The position numbers and the translations under genes are program-made. This document shows positions 55,932-64,000 of a stretch of DNA of 64,000 nt, in pieces. The stretch is taken from positions 64,001-128,000 of the IMG/VR virus record IMGVR_UViG_3300040801_002290, one strand, 5' to 3'. Every line of letters begins with the position of its first letter. Positions within the stretch are counted from its first letter, which is position 1. The notes under the pieces were generated by a model. That model did no database searches. It was given only the letters and a program-made list of their open reading frames with translations, and had not been told where the DNA came from. This DNA is from a virus.

Positions 55932-55960
55932 ATTATGCCACATTTTAGTGGAGTCCACAA
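55932..55960 (-). promoter_or_regulatory. sigma70-like promoter flanked by an inverted repeat
   Basis: TTGTGG-17-CATAAT; TGTGGAC (55925-55931) / GTCCACA (55953-55959). Confidence 0.6.
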
Positions 55961-55961
55961 A

Positions 55962-56363
55962 TTAAGACTCAAGAAACCTTTTGAATCTTTCTACCTCGGA
56001 TTTAGAGGGAACATACTCCTTCATATCCGGTGAAGATAAAAATGCCGCGCTTCTTCCGCTTATTTGCATAAGTTCCTTCTTTCCTAGGTATTTCAGTTTA
56101 TGAGTTCTAGTAAAGATGGACAATAGAAGCTTGTCTTTCTTTGAGAGGCTTCCCTTTACTTCTACATATGTTCCGTATGAGGGAAGATAAAAATCCGGTA
56201 GATAGCTTAGACTCTTAGAGAAGAAGAACCTTCTGGGCTCATACATGAAGTATATGTCTCCGTATAGTAGTAGCTTGGCTACGTATACTTCCCATCTACT
56301 TCTGTATTTTATTCCTCTATAGGTAGTTTCAGAACCCTTTTTAAATACTCGTTTTAAAGGCAT
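55962..56363 (-). CDS. PD-(D/E)XK endonuclease (T7 endonuclease I / resolvase-like)
   Basis: 'YRSRWE..VA..L...I...YEP......Y.PDF.LP....YVEVKG'. Confidence 0.85.
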   Translation of the reverse strand: MPLKRVFKKGSETTYRGIKYRSRWEVYVAKLLLYGDIYFMYEPRRFFFSKSLSYLPDFYLPSYGTYVEVKGSLSKKDKLLLSIFTRTHKLKYLGKKELMQISGRSAAFLSSPDMKEYVPSKSEVERFKRFLES

Positions 56364-56402
56364 ATTCACCAGAATAACAAATCCTGATGAATATTTCTAT
56401 GA

Positions 56403-57071
56403 TTAGTATGTATTTTTTCCCGTTGCGTACGGACCAAAGTGGTCGTACTCAGATTTCGGAGTAGCTCTGCTAATCTCATATTCAAGCATAGCAAGCTGCT
56501 CTGTTGAATACATATCAGATAGTTGAGGCTTGTCTACGATTCTGTCGGACACAGCCCTAACCCCATCAGCAACAGCAAGGGGTAGGGGGTCTACACCATT
56601 GTTGGTAACTCGGTCATAAACTTCTTGGTTATAGAAGGCGTCTGGATTTTCATACGTGCCGCCGCTTTCACTCATGTATGGTGAAACTCTCGGAGCATCA
56701 ATACGAATTTCTTCTCCATCACTAATAATTCCACTAATGTAGGCAGAGTCCTCTACATTAATAGTTTCGCTTTCGGTGCTGTACAGGTAGAACTTAATAG
56801 CCTCCTGTAAGCGTACCGCGTCTTCTGGAGAATATGCAGGAGCAGAACCAGCAAAATCGGTTCCCTCGTAATATAGGTCCCAAGCGGTTGGGTAAAGAGT
56901 AACCATTTCATCGTAGGCTTCTTCACTGCTTAGGTCGAACTCTACTACCTTCCTGTACCTCTCGCCAAGAGAGTCTACAGGGGTATCCAAAGTGATTTTT
57001 GCAGCCGGTACTGGCTGATAAGTGTTTAGGGTATCTAAATCGGTGACACCACCGTATTCATCTCTTGCCAT
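56403..57071 (-). CDS. Hypothetical protein
   Basis: SD AGGAGGAGG and an upstream TATAAT; acidic. Confidence 0.75.
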   Translation of the reverse strand: MARDEYGGVTDLDTLNTYQPVPAAKITLDTPVDSLGERYRKVVEFDLSSEEAYDEMVTLYPTAWDLYYEGTDFAGSAPAYSPEDAVRLQEAIKFYLYSTESETINVEDSAYISGIISDGEEIRIDAPRVSPYMSESGGTYENPDAFYNQEVYDRVTNNGVDPLPLAVADGVRAVSDRIVDKPQLSDMYSTEQLAMLEYEISRATPKSEYDHFGPYATGKNTY

Positions 57072-57095
57072 AGGAATACCTCCTCCTAAAGTTTA

Positions 57096-57125
57096 ATTAT
57101 AGCGCAAAAAAACTGGTAATGCGAA
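57096..57125 (-). promoter_or_regulatory. sigma70-like promoter
   Basis: TTCGCA-18-TATAAT. Confidence 0.55.
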
Positions 57126-57139
57126 CTCTTTAGAGATAT

Positions 57140-57439
57140 TTAATACTCTCTCCAGGGGTCTACGTCTCCACGTCTTTCAACAGCCCTGGCGTTTAGGTAT
57201 TCCACAAGAGCGTTAATTGCCCTAAGGGACTCCGCTAAAACCATTTTATGAACAGAGTCTTTGGGGTTTACCAGTCGTTTTTGTATCGCTCGGCTTATCT
57301 CTGTCCATCTCCTAGCTTCTTGCTCTAGTTTTAGAGTTTCGTCTTCCTCGCAGTTGCAGGGGGAAGAAACAACCGGTAGTCTCCAAATTTTTTGCACTTC
57401 AACAGGAATTTCCTTAGTTCTCTCCTTTATTTTTATCAT
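57140..57439 (-). CDS. Hypothetical protein
   Basis: SD AAGGA; 99 aa. Confidence 0.65.
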   Translation of the reverse strand: MIKIKERTKEIPVEVQKIWRLPVVSSPCNCEEDETLKLEQEARRWTEISRAIQKRLVNPKDSVHKMVLAESLRAINALVEYLNARAVERRGDVDPWREY

Positions 57440-57452
57440 TTTAATTCCTTTC

Positions 57453-57839
57453 TTAATTTATTGTTGTACATGTAGCCCCTGCTGACGTACCAAAGTACCT
57501 TGGGGCAACGTTCCCTGGGTCAAGTTGAATGTGAAGTTGACTACCAGAAACCCAAATGGAGCCCTGAGTTGTAGCAGAAAAAGAGGATAGATTACTTGGT
57601 CTAGCGTCGGCGTAGTAACCGTTAGCCGGTGAGAATCCACAAAATTGCCATAAATTGGAAATGTAGTCAACAAACACTTCACCAGCAACCACTGTTGTGG
57701 GCCAATCCGCCGGTTTGGTGGTAGTAAGGGCGGGCTGAGCTTCTGTTGCCGTGCCTGTAGAACTATCAAACATTATATGCCACCTACATTGTGATAATAT
57801 ATATATTCTTTTCTGCCAATATATCTCTCCTGCTGCCAT
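57453..57839 (-). CDS. Hypothetical (fibre-associated?) protein
   Basis: SD AAGGAG; 128 aa, beta-rich. Confidence 0.65.
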   Translation of the reverse strand: MAAGEIYWQKRIYILSQCRWHIMFDSSTGTATEAQPALTTTKPADWPTTVVAGEVFVDYISNLWQFCGFSPANGYYADARPSNLSSFSATTQGSIWVSGSQLHIQLDPGNVAPRYFGTSAGATCTTIN

Positions 57840-57852
57840 AATAAAAACTCCT

Positions 57853-58575
57853 TTACTTAACAGGTATAACTAAAGTTCCACTAACATTAAGCCCAGCCTG
57901 TGCATATACCAACCCGTTTGTATCTATTTTTATACCCTTGCTAGCGGTTCCACCGCGAGCGCCGAAATAAGCATCATTTCCATCAGCATAAATTCTGGTG
58001 GTACCCCCGGTTGCCCCGTTAAAGGTTATTCCCCCGTTGGCTCCGGTGGTGCCAATGCTGAGAAATCCGTTTGAAAGACTAGTAGTACCTAGACCCATAC
58101 CCTCACTAGTAATCCTAGCTCTTTCTGTTCCTCCGTTAACGAAAAGAGTTTCTCCACCGCGATATATTCTAATTTCTCCGGAGATTGTAGCTGCATCAGC
58201 GTTTCTATGAAGAAAGCGGGCGGACCCGTTTCCACTCATAACATCTACAAGAGCCTGGTCATTTTGGCCAGCGGCGGACTGGTCCGACCTCTTTACCGAA
58301 ATTGAGGTATAGTTTGACCCATTATCTGTAGTTAAAGACCCCGTTAAAGTTCCTCCGGTAAGGGGTAGAAAATCTCCTCCCCCGGAAATCTCTTCCCACG
58401 CGGAACCACTCCAAACCTCAAGGTAGGGAGAGGTGCTGTTGAATCTGATGTACTCAGAGGAGCCAGAGCCCAACCGCATAGTTCCGTCAGCAACGGTAGG
58501 CTGCTGCAAAAAGAAATTATTCGTTGCAGTTGCACTGTCGCCTATTTGTATTTTTTTGGTTTTAACTAGACTCAT
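57853..58575 (-). CDS. Short fibre-like protein
   Basis: 'MSLVKTKKIQIGDSATATNNF...DGT.RLG.G', 'FLPLTGGTLTG', 'TERARI...G.G.GT'. Confidence 0.7.
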   Translation of the reverse strand: MSLVKTKKIQIGDSATATNNFFLQQPTVADGTMRLGSGSSEYIRFNSTSPYLEVWSGSAWEEISGGGDFLPLTGGTLTGSLTTDNGSNYTSISVKRSDQSAAGQNDQALVDVMSGNGSARFLHRNADAATISGEIRIYRGGETLFVNGGTERARITSEGMGLGTTSLSNGFLSIGTTGANGGITFNGATGGTTRIYADGNDAYFGARGGTASKGIKIDTNGLVYAQAGLNVSGTLVIPVK

Positions 58576-58583
58576 GGTTTTCC

Positions 58584-58793
58584 TTATTCGATATAGGGGT
58601 ATCTAGCTTTTATTTCTTCTACTTTTATGACCCACTCTTCTTTCTCTATCTCTCCCCTTTGATATTTAAAAAACAGCGGGTCTGCTTCAAGCTTATACGC
58701 ATCCATTCTAGCATATTTCTGATTCTGATTGTAATTGGCCAGTTTTTCGGCCTCAATGTCTTCCTTTTTCTTTAGCTTGGTCCAATCAATCAT
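58584..58793 (-). CDS. Small tail fibre assembly protein
   Basis: 'MIDW.KLK', 'R..AY..EADPLFF..QRGE....W..KV.EIKARYP'. Confidence 0.7.
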   Translation of the reverse strand: MIDWTKLKKKEDIEAEKLANYNQNQKYARMDAYKLEADPLFFKYQRGEIEKEEWVIKVEEIKARYPYIE

Positions 58794-59094
58794 CTTGTAT
58801 TCCACCTTCCGGTAGTCTGATTATACCATCTTTTGGGTTTTCTATTGGGGTTGGAAACCTAGCTTCATAGGGTGCGTCTTTTCCATGGGGGAAAATCAGA
58901 TGTATCTGTAAAGCCCCGTTTTTTCTTGTAACATCATGCTCCAAGAATTCACACCCAACAGCCTCTCTCGGAAGGATGTCACCCTCCTCTACGGGGGAGA
59001 AATCATACTCTTCTCCGTTTACTGTCAACACTTCTCCTGACTTCTCAAGCGAGAGTTTTCCTTTTCTTCTTTGGGGCGAAAGATATATTATCAT
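58786..59094 (-). CDS. Tail fibre-associated protein
   Basis: 'MII.LSPQRR...L...G.VLT.NGE.YDFS...G..LP..A..C.....V.R..G.L...L..PHG..A...ARFP'; ATGA overlap at 59091-59094. Confidence 0.75.
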   Translation of the reverse strand: MIIYLSPQRRKGKLSLEKSGEVLTVNGEEYDFSPVEEGDILPREAVGCEFLEHDVTRKNGALQIHLIFPHGKDAPYEARFPTPIENPKDGIIRLPEGGIQDD

Positions 59095-59576
59095 TGTTCG
59101 TACCACCTTCCTATGGCTATTAATGAGTATGTCATGGAGTTTATTGTGCCCCCGTAGGAGTACCCGGCGCGAAGCGCAAAGCTCCAGTGAGTTAAATTGT
59201 CGGTATCAACCCTGACACCCGCAACTGGCCACGAGTCATACCCGGCAGCACCAGTTGTGGAAGAGGTGTTTCCTCCATCAACCCCTATGGGAGTGCTAGA
59301 AAAAGAAGCTGGAAAGGGGACGGGAACTCCTGCACTGGTTCTGTAGACTACAGAGTCATTGCTAAATACGTTGCCAACACTCCAGTGTGTCCCGGACCCG
59401 TTAACAGTAACGGAAGAGGCATCGCTGGGAGAAACTGTCCTCCAACATATCTGAACACCATTTCCAAACCTAACATACTTGCCGTTAGAGTTTTCTCCGT
59501 ATTCAATTACTTTATAGCCTCCCTCAGTAGCATCTGGAGCATAGATTTTACCATCACCAGTAATTGTAATAGGCAT
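59091..59576 (-). CDS. Fibre-tip domain protein (gp53-like C-terminal fold)
   Basis: 'EYGENSNGKYVRFGNGVQICW...FP..F...P...AIGRW'; TAATG-coupled start at 59576. Confidence 0.7.
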   Translation of the reverse strand: MPITITGDGKIYAPDATEGGYKVIEYGENSNGKYVRFGNGVQICWRTVSPSDASSVTVNGSGTHWSVGNVFSNDSVVYRTSAGVPVPFPASFSSTPIGVDGGNTSSTTGAAGYDSWPVAGVRVDTDNLTHWSFALRAGYSYGGTINSMTYSLIAIGRWYEQ

Positions 59577-60529
59577 TATTTCCACCTGCCCATAGCAAAC
59601 AGGTTAAAACTGGCGGCACTTACATTAGACTGGGAATACCCGCACCTAACGGCAAAGCCCCAATTGCTTGCGTCCCCAGTTACACTACCCCAAACATCGT
59701 TCCCAGCGGCGTTTCCTGAAATTCCAACAAAAGTAACTGGGTCCTCAATAAATGCGGCGGGATAGGATACTGCTACACCACTTGATGTTCTATAAACAGA
59801 AGATTCTGACGAATACCTGTTGGTTATTTCCCAATTTGTACCGGAACCATTGGTAGTTATTGAAGTTAAATCACTGGGGGAAACCTGTCTCCAACAAATC
59901 TGAGTTCCGTCCCCAAATCTAACATAGTTACCAGTAGCACTAGTAACATCTTCTTCAATAATCTCTATTCTATCATCCCCGAGATAAAGGTTGTTGAATA
60001 TAACCCCGCTGTCACCAATTTCTATCGGGTCAGTGTATGTGAGGGGGGTTCCAGAGTCGCGCCAACCAACAACCACTAGGGAGTAGTCGTTATTATCCTC
60101 ACCACTATGGCTTCTTCCTGAGCGTATGGAGTAGCTTGCAGCGGAGGTGCTAGAAATTCCGGTAGAAATCCAGTCATCATACCCGGCAGGAGAGCCCCGT
60201 CTACCGCCTGAGCTTACCATATAACTGGTAGAAAAATAAGTTAGCGGTAGGGTTATACTAGCCCCTACGGAAGTCCTGTAAACAGCAGAGTTTGTGCTGG
60301 CTCGGTTGGTAACTATCCAAAAAGTATCTGTATTAAGAAACTCTGCAATACCGCTAGTAATACCATTACCCCGAGTAATTGGTTTCCAACTAATAGTAAG
60401 CCCAACAGATGTGATGATATACTCCCCGTTTAGATTACTTCCATACTCTATAATAGATACACCCCTATCCAGAAATGCTCCTAGTAGAGTTGAGTGTATT
60501 CCACTTGACGGGTCTAGAGTTATGGCCAT
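59576..60529 (-). CDS. Protein with two tandem fibre-tip domains
   Basis: 'EYGSNLNGEYI...LTISW' and 'GNYVRFGDGTQICW...AMGRW'. Confidence 0.7.
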   Translation of the reverse strand: MAITLDPSSGIHSTLLGAFLDRGVSIIEYGSNLNGEYIITSVGLTISWKPITRGNGITSGIAEFLNTDTFWIVTNRASTNSAVYRTSVGASITLPLTYFSTSYMVSSGGRRGSPAGYDDWISTGISSTSAASYSIRSGRSHSGEDNNDYSLVVVGWRDSGTPLTYTDPIEIGDSGVIFNNLYLGDDRIEIIEEDVTSATGNYVRFGDGTQICWRQVSPSDLTSITTNGSGTNWEITNRYSSESSVYRTSSGVAVSYPAAFIEDPVTFVGISGNAAGNDVWGSVTGDASNWGFAVRCGYSQSNVSAASFNLFAMGRWK

Positions 60530-60774
60530 TGGGGAGTTCTTTCTTTAGCCGCCGCTAATTTAGCTGGTGTTCTAGCGGCCATGACTATTGCTATACTATC
60601 CTCGTCCAGACGACTCAAGTCGGGGGAGTCGTCTTCGATGTTTATAACATATCTGTGATAAGTTCTAGCTATGACCTCTTCACCCTTAACCACTTCTTTT
60701 GCCTCTCTAACCTGTACAGTTCCGTCTCGTAAAACTTCTAATTGGTCGATAACAATTCTTTCTGTAATTTCCAT
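60520..60774 (-). CDS. Small fibre-associated protein
   Basis: 'E..VIDQ.EV..DG.VQVR....V.K....IAR.YHR.V'. Confidence 0.7.
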   Translation of the reverse strand: MEITERIVIDQLEVLRDGTVQVREAKEVVKGEEVIARTYHRYVINIEDDSPDLSRLDEDSIAIVMAARTPAKLAAAKERTPQWP

Positions 60775-60776
60775 AG

Positions 60777-61220
60777 TTATAACCTCACTACAGCGTTAAG
60801 GATTATATCAAAATAAGTGGTTCCTTGCATAGTTCCAGTTACTACGTCCCAACCAGCAGCGGGACCGCTCTGATAAAGTGCTAGAGAAGTGGTATTTGTA
60901 CACCAAAGACCCAAAACAGGCTTAGAGGAAGTTAATTGAACTCCCAAATACATCTCAACAGAACCAGCTACCTGACTCTGGGCGAAGGCAAATGGAAAAC
61001 CAGTTATAGTTATAGATGAACTACCTCCGCTAGGTGTTCCAGGTATGCGAGCCCACAAGTGCAAAATCTTACCTATTCTTATGTACTGCCCAGCCCTATT
61101 TCCGCCATATGAAATAGTCCCACACCCATTTAAAGAGGGGGTCCATGTTCCCTCTTCATAGTCCTTAAAAGAGTCTCCACCAAAACTAATTCCATCTGTA
61201 CCACTTAATGTAATAGGCAT
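60777..61220 (-). CDS. Fibre-tip protein
   Basis: 'MPITLSGTDGISFG...DYEEGTWTP.L....G.Y.RIG'; TGATG overlap with the fibre stop. Confidence 0.75.
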   Translation of the reverse strand: MPITLSGTDGISFGGDSFKDYEEGTWTPSLNGCGTISYGGNRAGQYIRIGKILHLWARIPGTPSGGSSSITITGFPFAFAQSQVAGSVEMYLGVQLTSSKPVLGLWCTNTTSLALYQSGPAAGWDVVTGTMQGTTYFDIILNAVVRL

Positions 61221-64000
61221 CAAACCACCGTCCAAGTAGAGCCAGAAGGTACCGTAACAGTAACGCCGTTGGCCACAGTTACCGGACCCGCTGTCATAGC
61301 GTTTTTATTTGTAGTAATTGTGTAGTCAGTAGTTATAGCAACATCATTTTCCCAGAAAATTTGGTCAGACCCACCACCCGTAGCTCCGAGGTCTTCCAGT
61401 CTAGCAAAGGTTCCGGTAGCATCGGGTAGTGTTAAGGTTCTGTCTGCTGTCAAAGTAGCAGGAACTAAAAACACTGTGCTGCCGTTAGACGCAACATCAT
61501 TACCTTGGATATTAATAGCATCTCCAGCGGCATTTTTTCTAACGGTCAAACCACCGTTAAGACCTATTAAAGCTCCTGCTGTTGTGCTTTGAATTAATTG
61601 GCCGACTGTAAATATATTTGCACTAGTTGATAAGGCAACGGTGCCAGAGTCGTTTGGTAGAGTCAAAGTTTGCGGACCAGTTAATGAGCCAGGAGTAATT
61701 GTAACCGCATAACCGTTAGTCCCCCCAGCCCTACCGGAAATAGTTACGCCATCCTGACTAGCAGAAGCTCTAACAGTTTGAGCGGCTAAAAATGTTTGTG
61801 AATTGTTTACACTAACCCAATTTTCCCAACTGGTTCCATTAAAAAGTTCAACGTAGGGGAATGTATCCTTAACTCTAAGCCTTTCAACCGGGGAGGTGGG
61901 ATTGTTTGTGTAAAATTGAAATCTACTTCCATAAAGGCGCATATCTTCTTCTGCCAGGATAAAAAGCCTACCAAGAGTAGACCCAACGTCATATGCAGCA
62001 ATCCTACCAACATTATTAACAGTGCCAGCAAAAAATGTCTGGTTGTTAGAGCTATCGTGGAACCCTATATTTGCGCTGTCCCCACTTGGGTCTTTTATAA
62101 TAACACTTTCAAATCCAGCCGTGCTACTGCCGGTATTAGAGAAGGTTTTTTCCCCGGTAATAGTTTGGTCACCGGTTAGTTTAACAGCAAAACCGTCTAC
62201 CTCTGTTTCTGTATAATACCTAGAGTCAAATCCGGTGTAAGTAGAAAGTGCTGTATTTTCTACGTTATTTATAGAAAGGTCTGTTTTTACTTCCGAAGCA
62301 GTTCTTTTTTGCAAAACCCCAGTTGCCGACGCGGTAACGAAGTCTCCAGTAGCGTTATCTATTGTTCTGGCCCGAATTCTTCCATCAATATCTAGCTGCT
62401 CTGATGGTACAATTCCCCCCACGGCTAATTTTGCGTTAACAACACGAACATCAGTGTCTCTAAAGGCAATAGTAGAGTCTGCAACACCGTCCTTTAGTCT
62501 CTTTAAGTTGCCTACTCCGTTATCAAGAAGCTCAAACCCAAGTTGATATATGGAAGTATCAGTTCCTTCTCTTTGTACCCTGATAGAGCGAAAAGCCGTC
62601 CCTCCATCGTTTGCATCGACTAGCAGGCTGTTTCTAAAGGTCTTAGCACCATCAATTGTCTGGTCTCCGGTCAATTTAACCGCGAAATTATCAACTTCAG
62701 TCTCGGTGTAATACCTAGAGTCCAACCCCGTATAGCTGGAGAGGTTGGTAATGTCTGTAGTTGTATGAGTGTGAGAGGACGCTGCCGCCCCTACGGTGTT
62801 ATAAGAAATAGTCCTAGCAGTAGTTCCGTCAAAGGTAGTGCCAGAAGCAGCGCCCGCGCCTCCATTGTTAAATGTAGCAGCAGCAAGGGTTAGGGCGTGA
62901 GTGTGTGAAGTTGCTGTCACACTGTTTGTAGTAGCCCCGGTAATTGTTCCTGGGGTGCCCAGTGTCACAGAACCAGACCCAGTAATTGTCGTAAAGTCTA
63001 GACCATTCCCTGCGGCTACAGAAGTGACCGTACCTGTCGTGGAGCTAGTACCAGCACCAATAGCACTTCTAAATGTAGCAGCGTCTAGTGCCGAGACGCT
63101 ATTATCTGCATTGATTCTAATGAAGCGAATTGCGCTAGGGTTTGTAAGCTTAACGAGATTTTGACCAACTGTCGTTGAGTCGTTAATTGTAGAAACCGGG
63201 GTAGAAAGAGTCCCACCCAGAGTAAGATTACCAGAGCTTGTGACTGTACCAGAAAGAGTAATTCCAGCAACAGTTCCCGTTCCACCAACAGAGGTTACAG
63301 TTCCTACGGTAGAGCTTGTTCCAGCGCCGATATCCCCTCTGAAATCTGCTGCTGTTCTAGCTGTTACGGTATTATCCGCATTAATTCGGATAAATCTTAT
63401 TGCGCCGGGATTAGCAAACTTTACAAGGTTCTGACCCAAAGTAGTAGAGTCAGAAACCTCGGAAACCGGGTGAGTGTGAGACGAGGCCGCTGCACCAACG
63501 TCCCCGGCGGTTAGGGTCCAGGTTCTGTTAGCCTGTAAATTTTGTGTTGTTCCATTTATGGTTATGCTTCTATCTGCTCTTACGGCAGAGGTAGAGCCAG
63601 TGCCCTGAGTTGAAAGGGTTATATCCCCAGCAATAAGCTGTAAAGTACCTTGACCTAAGGTTCCACTTCCACCAGAGGCTAGTATACGAGCATCAAAGTC
63701 AGTTAACGAGGTCCCAGAGTGAAAATCAATAAAGGGGGTACTAGCTGTCCCGTTAACCAAGCCCAGTTCTATATTTGGGTTTCCAGTGGACCCTTCAATC
63801 TTTAAAGAACCAGAACCGCCAGTAGGTATCAGGTTTACGTTACCAGTAAACGTAGCTCCAGAGAGATTAGCTTTTCCATCTAAGGAAGTCTGTAAATTGG
63901 TTATTTCACTAATTGGGTGGGTGTGACTTGAGGCAGAAGCACCAATGTCAGAAAGAGTTTCGGCAGCGGTGCGCTTTTGTAAAACCCCGGTGGCAGAAAC
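61220..64000 (-). CDS. Long fibre protein, 5'-truncated by the window edge
   Basis: Frame is open from 64000 (VSATGVLQKRTAAETL...); T/G/S-rich with 'SHTH' and duplicated modules; C-terminal 'GGGSDQIFWEND...VTVPSGSTWTVV'. Confidence 0.85.
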   Translation of the reverse strand, partial: VSATGVLQKRTAAETLSDIGASASSHTHPISEITNLQTSLDGKANLSGATFTGNVNLIPTGGSGSLKIEGSTGNPNIELGLVNGTASTPFIDFHSGTSLTDFDARILASGGSGTLGQGTLQLIAGDITLSTQGTGSTSAVRADRSITINGTTQNLQANRTWTLTAGDVGAAASSHTHPVSEVSDSTTLGQNLVKFANPGAIRFIRINADNTVTARTAADFRGDIGAGTSSTVGTVTSVGGTGTVAGITLSGTVTSSGNLTLGGTLSTPVSTINDSTTVGQNLVKLTNPSAIRFIRINADNSVSALDAATFRSAIGAGTSSTTGTVTSVAAGNGLDFTTITGSGSVTLGTPGTITGATTNSVTATSHTHALTLAAATFNNGGAGAASGTTFDGTTARTISYNTVGAAASSHTHTTTDITNLSSYTGLDSRYYTETEVDNFAVKLTGDQTIDGAKTFRNSLLVDANDGGTAFRSIRVQREGTDTSIYQLGFELLDNGVGNLKRLKDGVADSTIAFRDTDVRVVNAKLAVGGIVPSEQLDIDGRIRARTIDNATGDFVTASATGVLQKRTASEVKTDLSINNVENTALSTYTGFDSRYYTETEVDGFAVKLTGDQTITGEKTFSNTGSSTAGFESVIIKDPSGDSANIGFHDSSNNQTFFAGTVNNVGRIAAYDVGSTLGRLFILAEEDMRLYGSRFQFYTNNPTSPVERLRVKDTFPYVELFNGTSWENWVSVNNSQTFLAAQTVRASASQDGVTISGRAGGTNGYAVTITPGSLTGPQTLTLPNDSGTVALSTSANIFTVGQLIQSTTAGALIGLNGGLTVRKNAAGDAINIQGNDVASNGSTVFLVPATLTADRTLTLPDATGTFARLEDLGATGGGSDQIFWENDVAITTDYTITTNKNAMTAGPVTVANGVTVTVPSGSTWTVV
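62150..62745 (-). repeat. Diverged internal duplication in the fibre gene
   Basis: 'YTG(L/F)DSRYYTETEVD.FAVKLTGDQTI.G.KTF' occurs twice (about 62640-62745 and 62150-62250). Confidence 0.85.
63030..63460 (-). repeat. Diverged internal duplication in the fibre gene
   Basis: 'DSTT.GQNLVK..NP.AIRFIRINADN.V.A..AA.FR..IGAGTSST.GTVTSV' occurs twice. Confidence 0.85.

Larger units (their letters stand above)
1..64000. mobile_element. Segment of a large myovirus-type bacteriophage genome
   Basis: Continuous phage gene content (capsid, protease, sheath, tubes, baseplate J, PAAR, fibres, endolysin, primase, SSB, dUTPase). No host housekeeping operon, integrase or att site seen. Confidence 0.97.

Noticed and set aside
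57453-64000. Diversity-generating retroelement or invertible fibre cassette
   Set aside because: No reverse transcriptase or invertase, and no near-identical TR/VR pair or inverted crossover sites; the repeats are diverged at synonymous positions.
1-64000. Alternative genetic code (stop-codon reassignment)
   Set aside because: Standard-code ORFs tile the window densely, and TAA, TAG and TGA all end genes at plausible positions.
1-64000. tRNA/tmRNA genes, introns or inteins
   Set aside because: Few intergenic gaps are long enough and none shows a cloverleaf or T-loop; primase, helicase and capsid are uninterrupted; no intein or homing-endonuclease motifs recognised.

Overview
The window is a 64-kb, wall-to-wall coding segment of a large tailed dsDNA phage with a contractile tail (myovirus); no bacterial chromosomal context is visible. 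Bases 1-8605 (+ strand) carry replication and nucleotide genes: beta-clamp, tandem-OB SSB, dNMP kinase, dUTPase with a large insertion, DnaG primase, Cas4/AddB-like nuclease, GroES-like and YkuK-like proteins. They meet the late genes at a bidirectional terminator near 8.6 kb. The minus strand, in transcription order, carries: (i) a truncated long fibre gene plus small fibre-tip/chaperone genes; (ii) about 11 kb of probable internal-head proteins, including a diverged SNF2 ATPase, a HipA/PI3-4-kinase-like pseudokinase and a glutamate-less zincin-like domain, most carrying hydrophobic-x-K-S motifs that resemble HK97-type prohead-protease sites; (iii) protease/scaffold, major capsid and Ig-like decoration protein; (iv) neck, sheath and two tube paralogues; (v) a tail chaperone with a -1 frameshift site (A AAA AAC); (vi) two tape-measure-like genes, baseplate, PAAR and a second fibre; (vii) an amidase/holin lysis region. 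Late genes appear to use sigma70-like promoters, several fused to upstream terminators and some apparently leaderless. The double-OB SSB and leaderless starts point tentatively to a Deinococcus-Thermus host. No terminase, portal, tRNA, CRISPR array, integrase or reverse transcriptase was recognised. All assignments come from motif recognition by eye; no database searches were run.
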